Shown piece after piece: positions 55,872 through 64,000 of a stretch of DNA of 64,000 bases; position 1 is the stretch's first letter; every line of letters starts with the position of its first letter. Where the stretch lies: positions 858,431-922,430 of the forward strand of contig OZ246395.1 in assembly GCA_965230915.1 (NCBI GenBank). The letters run 5' to 3'. The notes under the pieces are model-generated. The model was not told the DNA's origin and did not search any database. It saw only the letters and a program-made list of their open reading frames with translations. The DNA is from an uncultured Candidatus Saccharibacteria bacterium. GTDB taxonomy: Bacteria > Patescibacteriota > WWE3 > 2-01-FULL-39-13. Made by a program: the position numbers and the translations under genes.

Positions 55872-57704
55872 TTACTCCAATACAGCCTTAATTCTTCTAA
55901 CACCTTTACCGACAGCTTCCTCTTTTTGAATCTTAAAGTGGCCGAGTTCGCTGGTATTTTCAACATGTGGGCCTCCACAAAATTCTTTTGACCAGGCGTT
56001 TTCTAAAGTCTCGCCCACAAAATAAATTTTTACCATATCAGGATATTTTTCTTTAAAAAAGTGTAATGCTCCACTTTGCTCTGCTTCTGTTTTGGGCAAA
56101 GTTACATTTTGAACTGGTAAACTTTCAGAAATTTTTTCGTTAACAATGTCTTCGACGCGCTGAACTTGTTCAGCCGTTAATTTATCATCGTGAGAAAAAT
56201 CAAAACGTAATCTTTCCGGTGTGATATTACTTCCCATTTGTTGAACGTGTGATCCCAATATTTCGCGCAAGGCTTTGTGCAATAAATGTGTTGCAGTATG
56301 CAAACGTGTCGTTTCTTCTGAATGGTCGCCTAATCCGCCTTTGAATTTTTGCCCTGCGCCTGCTCGTGACAATTCTTGGTGAGCTTTAACGTGTTCTTCA
56401 AAATTTGTAAAATCGACTTCTAAATTTTGTTCTTCTGCAATTGATGCAATTAAATCTTGGCTTGCTCCGGTTGATTGGTAAATATCAAACGGACTATTAA
56501 TTTTTGTTTCGCCTTTTTTAACGTAATTTTGTGTTATGAATTTTCGGGCATTGTCTGAAATTTGTTTCCAAAGATCGTGTTCAGCCGTAAACATTTCCTG
56601 AACTTTTGAAGCCTCGCCCATTTCAGGATAAACATCTTTATACATTTCAAAAACTTCCGGAATTGCTTCAACTACTCGTTTTGAATCGATGCTTAATTTC
56701 CAAACACAATCATTTAATGCAGTTCGAACAAGTCTGCGAACGACATAGCCCTGGTCTTTGTTTGCAGGGTAAACTCCTTCAGACATTAACATTGTCGAAG
56801 ATTTAATGTGCTCAGCAGCTCGGCGCAATGCAAATTTTTGTTCGTCGTCGTTAGTGTCGATTTTTCCGTTTGAAAAACTTATTAATTTATTAATTATCGG
56901 CAAAAACAAATCGGTTTCATAAACAGAATCGACTTTATTTAAAACAACGGTAAATCTTTCAAGACCGGCTCCGGTATCAACACTCAAAAATGGGAGTTCA
57001 TGCAATTGGCCTTCGTTATCGCGGTTGTATTGCATAAAAACGCCGGCGTTCCAAATCTCTAAATATCTTGGGTTATCTGTTAAACCCGGGGTTTCTTCTT
57101 CGGGACCAAAATCAGGGCCACGATCATATAAAACTTCAGTACAAGGTCCGCATGGGCCAGGGCCGCTTAAACCTGCGGGTGCCCACCAGTTTTCGCTAGC
57201 AGGTAAACGAGAAATTCTAGATTCTGGAATTCCCATTTTTTGCCAAGCCATAAAAGTTTCTGTGTCTTCAGGTGCTTCGTCGTTTCCGCCAAAGATAGTC
57301 GGGATTAATTTTTCGGCTTTTAACCCAAATCCGTATTCTTCGTTTGTTAATAAATCGAAAGCAAATTCGACAGCTTTGGTTTTTCCGTAATCGCCGATCG
57401 ACCAGCTTCCAAGCATCTCAAAAAATACTAAATGGTATTTGGATTTCCCGACGATATCTAAATCTCCGGTACGAATACATTTCTGTACCGAACACAACCT
57501 TTTTGATCCGAAATCAGTTTGTGGGCTTTTCTCCCCCAAAAAGTATGGAGTAAACTGCACCATCCCTGAATTTGTAAAAAGTAATGTCGGGTGTCTTTCC
57601 GGAACTAAATTGCTTGAATGAACTTCTACATGTGCTTCGTTTCGTTCAGCCAATTTTGTTGTGAAGTAATTTATAAACCTGCTTCGTATTTCGCTTGAAT
57701 TCAT
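55872..57704 (-). CDS. alaS: Alanyl-tRNA synthetase, short form (catalytic + editing domains, no C-Ala/DHHA1 domain)
   Basis: N-terminal IRSRFINYF...HPTLLFTNSGMVQF; editing HTATHLLHKALREILGSHVQQMGSNI and CGGPHV. 610 aa against ~870 in typical bacteria. Confidence 0.85.
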   Translation of the reverse strand: MNSSEIRSRFINYFTTKLAERNEAHVEVHSSNLVPERHPTLLFTNSGMVQFTPYFLGEKSPQTDFGSKRLCSVQKCIRTGDLDIVGKSKYHLVFFEMLGSWSIGDYGKTKAVEFAFDLLTNEEYGFGLKAEKLIPTIFGGNDEAPEDTETFMAWQKMGIPESRISRLPASENWWAPAGLSGPGPCGPCTEVLYDRGPDFGPEEETPGLTDNPRYLEIWNAGVFMQYNRDNEGQLHELPFLSVDTGAGLERFTVVLNKVDSVYETDLFLPIINKLISFSNGKIDTNDDEQKFALRRAAEHIKSSTMLMSEGVYPANKDQGYVVRRLVRTALNDCVWKLSIDSKRVVEAIPEVFEMYKDVYPEMGEASKVQEMFTAEHDLWKQISDNARKFITQNYVKKGETKINSPFDIYQSTGASQDLIASIAEEQNLEVDFTNFEEHVKAHQELSRAGAGQKFKGGLGDHSEETTRLHTATHLLHKALREILGSHVQQMGSNITPERLRFDFSHDDKLTAEQVQRVEDIVNEKISESLPVQNVTLPKTEAEQSGALHFFKEKYPDMVKIYFVGETLENAWSKEFCGGPHVENTSELGHFKIQKEEAVGKGVRRIKAVLE

Positions 57705-57939
57705 GGGGTTATTTTACGATAAATTTGTTTATCTGACCAGAAATCAAGTAAAATTAAAAAATATGGATCGTTACACAATTGGAAGAATTATAGCTTTGGG
57801 AATTGCCATAGCTTCAATCATTATGGGATTTGTTGCGCGCCGTAAAGGTGAAAATACAACGTTTCCACCCCCAAGTTTTATGATTGGGACGGGCACCATA
57901 ATAGCAGCTAACCTTATATACTTAATGCTTACAGATTAA
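57703..57939 (+). CDS. Small membrane protein (hypothetical)
   Basis: 78-aa ORF with two hydrophobic helices; 2-nt overlap with the alaS start. Confidence 0.35.
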   Translation: MGLFYDKFVYLTRNQVKLKNMDRYTIGRIIALGIAIASIIMGFVARRKGENTTFPPPSFMIGTGTIIAANLIYLMLTD

Positions 57940-57988
57940 CAGCTATAGCGATTGGCTATTCAAAGGGATTCACATCAAAAGTTAAATT

Positions 57989-58528
57989 TTATGTAAGAGT
58001 GCGTACTTCGTCGATCGATTTATTATATTTTTCAGAATATAAGACGGTTATACCTTTTAGCGATCGTTCTTCCCAATTAAGGCCAAGTTCTTGAACCAGA
58101 TTTTTTATGTCTTCTTCCGATTCAGATTTAGATTCGACCTCGACATAAGTTTCCATAAAAGGGCGAGTATCAATCATTATATAGACATTTCCTTTTTGCC
58201 AAGTTTCACGTAACGATTCTTGAGTTGAAGTTAAATTTAATCCGGAGTTTTTTAAGATATTTACTGTGTCGTCAAAATTACTGACTTCGACCTCGGTTTC
58301 GTCAGGAAAACCATCTGCATTTGGAACGCCCTTGTGAGTCAACATTATCTTTCCAAATTCCTTTCGAACACGTGTATTTCGACCTTTCATTTGAGGATTG
58401 GTACTTTGGTGAAAAACACAGCGTACCATTTTGAATTCTTCATGAACTAATTCAGCTCCAATTTCTTTTAGCTTTTCGCGGATTTCATCTTTATTTATAT
58501 TTAGGAATTTGTATTCGACTTCAATCAT
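57989..58528 (-). CDS. CYTH-domain protein (CyaB/thiamine triphosphatase-like)
   Basis: N-terminal EVEYKF motif and size. Confidence 0.7.
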   Translation of the reverse strand: MIEVEYKFLNINKDEIREKLKEIGAELVHEEFKMVRCVFHQSTNPQMKGRNTRVRKEFGKIMLTHKGVPNADGFPDETEVEVSNFDDTVNILKNSGLNLTSTQESLRETWQKGNVYIMIDTRPFMETYVEVESKSESEEDIKNLVQELGLNWEERSLKGITVLYSEKYNKSIDEVRTLT

Positions 58529-58638
58529 GGCTCGATTTTATATTAAATATTAATGTAATAAAGGTGTTAAAGTTTAAGGATTTATTAAGATAAATTTTTT
58601 CAACGGTTGTAATCAAAGTCTCTCATCGTTCTAAAATA

Positions 58639-59562
58639 CTAAACACCTGCTGCGTCTAGCATAAATTGTGGAATCTCCCTAGATTTATTTGTTGCTTTAG
58701 AATACTCGTCAATCCAATTTATACCGTCATCGTCTCGGGGATCAAATTTATTTTCAGATTTTTTATATACACCACTTTTGACATTATCTTCTATAATAAA
58801 TGGCAACGACTCAAGCTCTCTTCCTAACTTTTCATCGTAAGAATAAGGCTGAGAATAAAAATAGATTAGTAATGCGGTTGCTAAGTCACATCGGGGATCC
58901 TTTACAATATACTCAAGGTTTTCTAAACCGTCATCCCAATTGTATTTTTTTGCATAATTAAATAAGACCTTATGGTCATCTAGTTTTTTATCTAGTGTTT
59001 TATTTACCTTTTGTGGGATTTTATCTGCTAATTCTTTTAAGTACTTAACGTAATTTGAAAGCCACTCTTCAAAACTTTCGGCAATTTTAACCGGAGGAAT
59101 TTTTGCGGTGCCAGGATTTCCACGAATGTAATCTTTCATATAAAATACTTTTCCAGATGTTAGATTTAACAATAGATATTTATCCTGACGTGTACCGGTA
59201 TTTTCATCTACGACACACATAGCAAAAAGCACATAATCGTTTTTCTGAATCCAATCTATATCTTTATTCTCACGCTTGAGAATTTTTGAGTGAAGTAATG
59301 AAAAATGAGCGTCCAGAAAGCCAAACCATTCCGCTCTTTCAAAAACAGGGCCTTGTGGAATATTTAGGCCGTGTAGATACCTAACCGTACCCCATTCCAT
59401 AAAACTTTTAATTTCGTCCAGAATTTCAACATCCAAACTTGCCCATAATTCATCAAGATCTGAGAGCTTTTCGACTCTCAAATTCGCATTATTTTCTCTA
59501 TAGTATTTATTTAGTTTACTAAATAATTTATCAAGCTGGGAAGTGTAAATTGATGTATCCAT
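58639..59562 (-). CDS. Hypothetical 307-aa protein
   Basis: Clean ORF, no motifs recognised. Confidence 0.55.
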   Translation of the reverse strand: MDTSIYTSQLDKLFSKLNKYYRENNANLRVEKLSDLDELWASLDVEILDEIKSFMEWGTVRYLHGLNIPQGPVFERAEWFGFLDAHFSLLHSKILKRENKDIDWIQKNDYVLFAMCVVDENTGTRQDKYLLLNLTSGKVFYMKDYIRGNPGTAKIPPVKIAESFEEWLSNYVKYLKELADKIPQKVNKTLDKKLDDHKVLFNYAKKYNWDDGLENLEYIVKDPRCDLATALLIYFYSQPYSYDEKLGRELESLPFIIEDNVKSGVYKKSENKFDPRDDDGINWIDEYSKATNKSREIPQFMLDAAGV

Positions 59563-59576
59563 AATCGGATTATATA

Positions 59577-60668
59577 TTAATTATGAAGTTCTATCATGGT
59601 TGACTTATCCTTAATATCTTGTGGAACCATATTAATATCAGCGGTAGTAATAAGAGTTTGTCGGTTTTCTAAAATCGTCTTGACCGCCGCACGATACTCT
59701 TCATCTAACTCAGAAAAAATATCGTCTAGTAATAATATAGGATTTTCGCCCGACTCTTCTTGAATATATTGAATTTCTAAAATTTTTAGCGCCAAAACTC
59801 CTGTGCGTTGCTGACCACGCGAACCGTATCCTTTTAAATCATAGTGATGTTTATTGTTCATAATAAAATCGTAATCATCGCGGTGCGGACCAATCTGGGT
59901 TGTTCCATAAAACAGTTCGCGCTGCTTTATGCCTCGTAATCGTCCTTCGTTTAGTTCACTTTTTAAATATATAAGTGACAGAAAAGCATCTTTATATAAT
60001 TGACTGCTTATTTTTTCTAAATGTGTCTCGGCAAAAGCGAAAAATTTGTTACGGTAATTTTGTACAACCTGACCTGAATCTAATAATTGTGTGTCCCAAA
60101 TATCAAATTGAGCTTGGTGCAATTCTTTTAAAATCTGCCCTTTAATACTTTCAAGAAATTTGTTGCGTTGCTTTAGAACACGATTGTATTTACTCAAACT
60201 AACACGATATTCACGATGAACCTGCGATAATATTCGGTCTAAATAATCGCGCCGGCGCGACGGAGACCCGGCAACTAAACGAATATCTTCAGGTGCAAAC
60301 ATTACGCTTTTAATTCGGCCAACAAAATCAGTTGAAGTTTTTTGAGCGTTATTAATTCTATAAATTTTTTGAACACGTCGGCTTTCAGATTTGCGCGCAA
60401 TAACCACTTCCAATTTATCGTTTTCGTCGGTGTATCCAATTACTCTGGCGATTTGAGAATCTAAGTTTATTAACTCTTGTTCTAAACTTGCGCGCGGAGA
60501 TTTTCCGGTACTCAAAACCATTACCGATTCTAAAATATTGGTTTTGCCTACTCCATTTGACCCAACAATCACAGTCGTCCCATTTGGAAATTCAAAACTG
60601 GCATTTGGATAATTTCTAAAATTGGCGAATTCAACTTTTGAGATTTGCATATAGTAAGTCTTTTTCAT
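59577..60668 (-). CDS. recF: DNA replication/repair protein RecF (true start possibly MQISK at ~60650)
   Basis: Walker A GSNGVGKTNILES; conserved SMC-like C-terminal LLLDDIFSELD. Confidence 0.9.
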   Translation of the reverse strand: MKKTYYMQISKVEFANFRNYPNASFEFPNGTTVIVGSNGVGKTNILESVMVLSTGKSPRASLEQELINLDSQIARVIGYTDENDKLEVVIARKSESRRVQKIYRINNAQKTSTDFVGRIKSVMFAPEDIRLVAGSPSRRRDYLDRILSQVHREYRVSLSKYNRVLKQRNKFLESIKGQILKELHQAQFDIWDTQLLDSGQVVQNYRNKFFAFAETHLEKISSQLYKDAFLSLIYLKSELNEGRLRGIKQRELFYGTTQIGPHRDDYDFIMNNKHHYDLKGYGSRGQQRTGVLALKILEIQYIQEESGENPILLLDDIFSELDEEYRAAVKTILENRQTLITTADINMVPQDIKDKSTMIELHN

Positions 60669-60727
60669 ATTAAGGCTTTAAATTAGAAAAAACTACTGAG
60701 CATTTTTATCTTTTTAGATCTATAATA

Positions 60728-61051
60728 ATGGCAAGAATCGTTTTGTATCAAACCATTAGAATAAGAGGCAAACGTATGTTACCAGTAGATCTATCCGTAG
60801 AAGATATAACCATACGGGTATTATCAGGACAAACAAAGTTGATCCATTTCGGACGCACCACGCACGAAGGCGAGGCAGCGATACTTTTAACTTTCTGCCC
60901 TGAGAGCAAATATGAGAAGAGCAGTTTTATTGTGCAAGGGACGAAAGTCTTCAACCTAAGCGGTAAAAAACCTGGGTTTGTAATGGGGTTTCTCACAAAA
61001 ACAGGTTCCCATGTAACAATAGAACCAGCAAAAGCTCCAAACATAAATTAG
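60728..61051 (+). CDS. Small hypothetical protein (107 aa), first gene of GC-richer islet; probably leaderless
   Basis: TATAAT at 60716-60721 lies only 6 nt before the ATG. The overlapping antisense ORF 60748..61044 cannot be excluded. Confidence 0.4.
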   Translation: MARIVLYQTIRIRGKRMLPVDLSVEDITIRVLSGQTKLIHFGRTTHEGEAAILLTFCPESKYEKSSFIVQGTKVFNLSGKKPGFVMGFLTKTGSHVTIEPAKAPNIN

Positions 61052-61223
61052 CCTTTGGCAATTGCCGCAGGCTAAGGTTTTATAACTCCGACGGGAACGT
61101 GGAAGCTAGAATGGCTCGCCATTCTACCCTGAAATCTTGCTTCCACAGTTTTACCCACTTTTACCTATAGTTATTGTATAATTTTGCCACGCTAAGATTC
61201 GCACACTGAAAGGAGCCTTTATA

Positions 61224-61529
61224 ATGATCCTAAGACTTGAGGTTGAACTGCTCGTTGTTGAATTCAATCCAGATAAAATTGGCCTACCTCGAATATGGTC
61301 CGGATACCGTCCAGATATCTGGACAAGCAACCAAAATCCAAGTGCCGCCAGGCTATCTTGGCGCTGGGGACACAAAGACAGATGGGGAGCGATTGTTGAG
61401 ATTGCAAACGACAGGGTCCTTTTCATAGACCAAAGTCACAGACGCATAAGAATACTGACTAAAGACAATGTCGACATCACTCCTCCAAGTACACCCGCAG
61501 AAAAACGGGCTCGCCAACAAGGCCCATAG
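61224..61529 (+). CDS. Small hypothetical protein (101 aa), GC-rich islet
   Basis: Promoter CCTATAGTTATTGTATAAT (TGnTATAAT-like) and SD GAAAGGAG 9 nt before the ATG. Confidence 0.6.
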   Translation: MILRLEVELLVVEFNPDKIGLPRIWSGYRPDIWTSNQNPSAARLSWRWGHKDRWGAIVEIANDRVLFIDQSHRRIRILTKDNVDITPPSTPAEKRARQQGP

Positions 61530-61618
61530 TGTATTGACCCGCTTAATATAATGTTGTATATTAACGCCAAGTTTTAGGCAGTTAATCGAGTTTTTAGGCT
61601 TAGAAAGGCGATTTAGCC

Positions 61619-61837
61619 ATGTTTGGTAAAAAGAATAGTAAGGGAACCACAAGTTCCCATGTGGAGAAGAACAGCATTTGTCCAAAAAACCCTGGGAATC
61701 CCCAAGGAAGCCATATCTTTGGCGACGGCGTACCAGAGACTCATGACAACACCGCGGTCTATGTGTTCACCTGCGAAAACTGCGGGGGAACGTACACGGA
61801 ACACGCACAGGTTCGGCCTGATCCGAATACGGTATAG
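61619..61837 (+). CDS. Small hypothetical protein (72 aa) with CxxC pair, GC-rich islet
   Basis: ...FTCENCGG...; terminator hairpin immediately downstream favours this frame over the overlapping 61623..61922. Confidence 0.5.
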   Translation: MFGKKNSKGTTSSHVEKNSICPKNPGNPQGSHIFGDGVPETHDNTAVYVFTCENCGGTYTEHAQVRPDPNTV

Positions 61838-61858
61838 AGTTTATCTCTGTACCAAAAG

Positions 61859-61896
61859 CCGGAGTGCTAATCTCAAAAAGATTCAGCACTCCGGCC
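61859..61896 (+). terminator. Long hairpin terminator after the 72-aa gene
   Basis: GCCGGAGTGCTAATC-tcaaaaa-GATTCAGCACTCCGGC, ~15-bp stem with one bulge, then CTAACTTTAAATTCTT. Confidence 0.55.
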
Positions 61897-61984
61897 TAAC
61901 TTTAAATTCTTCGAATTTATAATATAATACTGCAAGGTTATAGGTCTTATTGAGCGAAATGCATTTAGAAAGGGTAGGCTTACA

Positions 61985-62329
61985 GTGCAAAATACAAACA
62001 AACCGTTGTTGAGCATGCGTATTGGCAGAAACTTCGTAATCGTATGGGAAGCTGCCATGGGGCAACCTACCATATGGCCCATGGTTGCACAGTACGAAGA
62101 CGGAACTGTAAAATCTGCTATAAATTTTGTCTGGTCGGTAGACCTAGAGGCCGCCAGTATCAACTTAGCATCTGTTACGTTTCACGAAGACGAAATCGTC
62201 TCGTTCGATGAAGAAGGGATCGGTCGTATCTGGATATATACCGAAGAAATCGAGGATGTAACTCCTACGACCCAGATTCGTTCCTATTCTGACCTCAAAG
62301 GCCAGGATTTCTCGTATCTTTCGTCGTAA
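61985..62329 (+). CDS. Small hypothetical protein (114 aa, GTG start), GC-rich islet
   Basis: RBS AAGGG ~10 nt before the GTG; canonical terminator follows. Confidence 0.55.
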   Translation: MQNTNKPLLSMRIGRNFVIVWEAAMGQPTIWPMVAQYEDGTVKSAINFVWSVDLEAASINLASVTFHEDEIVSFDEEGIGRIWIYTEEIEDVTPTTQIRSYSDLKGQDFSYLSS

Positions 62330-62351
62330 CAAAGGAAAGGTTAAGACCCTT

Positions 62352-62396
62352 GGAAGTCTGAATGGTTAACGCCACAAATTCAGACTTCCGTTTTTT
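62352..62396 (+). terminator. Canonical rho-independent terminator
   Basis: GGAAGTCTGAAT-(14 nt)-ATTCAGACTTCC followed by GTTTTTT. Confidence 0.8.
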
Positions 62397-62434
62397 AAAA
62401 CTCATAACTTAAATCTTCTGTTAAAATCAAAATA

Positions 62435-63091
62435 ATGATAACCAGAGACGAAAAGTCTGCGGCACTTGAAAAAATCGCAGCACAGGTTAGAATATGTGAG
62501 AAATGCAGGTTATGTAAGACCGCTACTAATGGAGTCCCCGGAGAAGGAAATCCCTATTCAGAGATTATATTTGTTGGAGAAGCACCAGGTGCCAACGAAG
62601 ACCAACAGGGTAGACCATTCGTAGGAAGAGCAGGAATGCTGTTAGAATTCATGCTCAATCAAATTGGATATAAAAGAGAAGACGTTTGGATAGGGAATAT
62701 TGTTAAGCATCGTCCACCAGAAAACAGAGATCCCCTTCCCGATGAAATCGAGGCTTGTAAGCCTTATCTGACAAATCAGATAGAAATAATTTCTCCTAAA
62801 TTAATCGTTACTCTAGGTAGATTTTCGATGAATTATTTTTTGCCAGACGCCAAAATCACACAGGCACATGGTCAACCTTACAATCTTGGGAACTTCTATA
62901 TTTATCCCGTTTATCACCCTGCAGCAGGACTTAGAAATCCGCAAATGAAGACTACTTTAATTGCCGATTTTCTAAAAATACCTGAAGTCTTAAAAGAAAT
63001 TAGTCTTAAAAAAACTCATTTGGCGGAAGAAAAGATTGCGCAGAATATTCCACCAAAGAATGAAAAAGACACACAAGTAAAATTAATTTAG
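62435..63091 (+). CDS. Uracil-DNA glycosylase, family 4
   Basis: [23 protein letters not shown] motif A and C-terminal HPAAGLRN region. Confidence 0.85.
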   Translation: MITRDEKSAALEKIAAQVRICEKCRLCKTATNGVPGEGNPYSEIIFVGEAPGANEDQQGRPFVGRAGMLLEFMLNQIGYKREDVWIGNIVKHRPPENRDPLPDEIEACKPYLTNQIEIISPKLIVTLGRFSMNYFLPDAKITQAHGQPYNLGNFYIYPVYHPAAGLRNPQMKTTLIADFLKIPEVLKEISLKKTHLAEEKIAQNIPPKNEKDTQVKLI

Positions 63092-63124
63092 AAACTGGAG
63101 AACAGGAGTTCTCCAAAAAATATA

Positions 63125-64000
63125 ATGAACGAAGAAAACAATAATGATAAACCAGTAATTGAAATTACCCGACCAGGAGGTTGGTTTTTTAATCGCCAGG
63201 ATAAGTCAAGCAAAAAACAAAGTAAAACAAATGAATTAGCTACAAAAAAGCCCGAGCCAAAAGCCGAGGATTTTATGAAGCAAAATGAAAATAAAGAAAA
63301 CAGAAAAGGCCAGCCAAATAGAAATAGAGGCCGAGGTGAAAACAGAAATCGCAGACCACAGCGAGATAATTCTCAAAATAGAAATCAAAATGCAAATACA
63401 AGCATGGCACCATTAAAGCCACTTCAATTGCCACCTTTTAATAAAGAAGGTATGGCTCCTCTTAAAATAATTCCAATTGGAGGAACAACCACCGTACAAA
63501 AAAATATGTACGTTTACGAATGTGGTAATGACATCATAGTTATGGATTGCGGAGTCGGATTCCCGGATATATTCACACCAGGGGTCGACGTCATCATTCC
63601 AGACTTTACATACGTCTTAGAAAACCGCGAAAGAGTTCGAGGAGTTGTTATAACTCACGGTCATGACGACCACCGAAGCTCTCTTCCATATTTGCTAAAG
63701 GAATATGCATTTGATGTATACGCTATGCCTTTTGTTAAAGCATTAATTGAAAATGCATTAGAAGAACATACAAATTTAAAGACACACACAATTCATGCAA
63801 TGGATCCTGATAAATCTTTGCAGCTTGGAGTTTTTAAATTGACCCCATTCAGAGTTAATCACTCAATCCCGGACACAATGGGATTTGCGATCGACACTCC
63901 ACAGGGACGTGTATTTCATAATGCAGACTATAAATTCGATTGGACTCCGGTTATGGATAAACCATTCGATGTACAAAAAGCTGCTAGATTAGCGAGCGAA
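63125..64000 (+). CDS. rnj: Ribonuclease J (metallo-beta-lactamase/beta-CASP), 5' partial; continues past window end
   Basis: Manual translation from the ATG at 63125 is open to the window end. Lys/Arg/Asn-rich N-terminal extension, then GVVITHGHDDH beta-lactamase motif, VNHSIPDTMGFAI and HNADYKFDWTP, as in RNase J. Absent from the track because it has no stop in the window. Confidence 0.75.
   Translation, partial: MNEENNNDKPVIEITRPGGWFFNRQDKSSKKQSKTNELATKKPEPKAEDFMKQNENKENRKGQPNRNRGRGENRNRRPQRDNSQNRNQNANTSMAPLKPLQLPPFNKEGMAPLKIIPIGGTTTVQKNMYVYECGNDIIVMDCGVGFPDIFTPGVDVIIPDFTYVLENRERVRGVVITHGHDDHRSSLPYLLKEYAFDVYAMPFVKALIENALEEHTNLKTHTIHAMDPDKSLQLGVFKLTPFRVNHSIPDTMGFAIDTPQGRVFHNADYKFDWTPVMDKPFDVQKAARLASE

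Noticed and set aside
60748-61044. Antisense ORF 60748..61044 (98 aa) as the real gene instead of 60728..61051
   Set aside because: Not fully rejected. The plus frame has a leaderless-type promoter and more protein-like composition. The minus frame has only a weak AAAGG RBS. Kept the plus frame at low confidence.
61623-61922. 99-aa ORF overlapping the 72-aa gene at 61619..61837
   Set aside because: It reads through a 15-bp terminator hairpin (61859-61896) and is Arg/Leu/Ser-rich, so the in-frame neighbour that ends just before the hairpin is preferred.

Overview
64-kb window of a low-GC, gene-dense bacterial chromosome read in the standard genetic code. Gene content (short AlaRS without a C-Ala domain, RNase J, DUF4349, giant cell-surface proteins, few metabolic genes) is reminiscent of CPR/Patescibacteria-like genomes; this is inference only. 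Left to right: (1) a giant (>2800 aa in window) minus-strand cell-surface protein that runs off the left edge; (2) a signalling locus with a CHASE-PAS histidine kinase, three stand-alone receiver proteins, an XRE regulator and a 1221-aa MerR-HTH/TM/repeat surface protein; (3) a tRNA-Asn-anchored mini-island of two small GC-rich gene cassettes, bounded by 40-nt direct repeats that start with the tRNA 3' end, one cassette ending in a hammerhead ribozyme; (4) VIT transporter, a carbamoyltransferase/DUF5989/SxtJ-like trio, an SGNH hydrolase, and rpoD-dnaG; (5) an accessory stretch at ~27.2-34.2 kb holding several visibly GC-richer small genes with consensus sigma70 promoters and strong SD sites, an L,D-transpeptidase, and a second tRNA (Arg)-anchored island carrying two more gene+hammerhead cassettes; (6) housekeeping and envelope genes (metG, rmuC, an aldolase-pgk-glucokinase trio, NUDIX, GH1/GH5-like/GT4/GT2/epimerase/PIG-L polysaccharide cluster, ruvX, FtsA/PilM-like, alaS, CYTH, recF); (7) another GC-richer islet of four small plus-strand genes (60.7-62.4 kb), then UDG family 4 and the 5' part of RNase J. 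Most notable: three covarying type-III hammerhead ribozymes, each immediately 3' of a small foreign-looking gene, organised into tandem promoter-SD-ORF-ribozyme cassettes inserted at two tRNA genes, with no integrase in the window.
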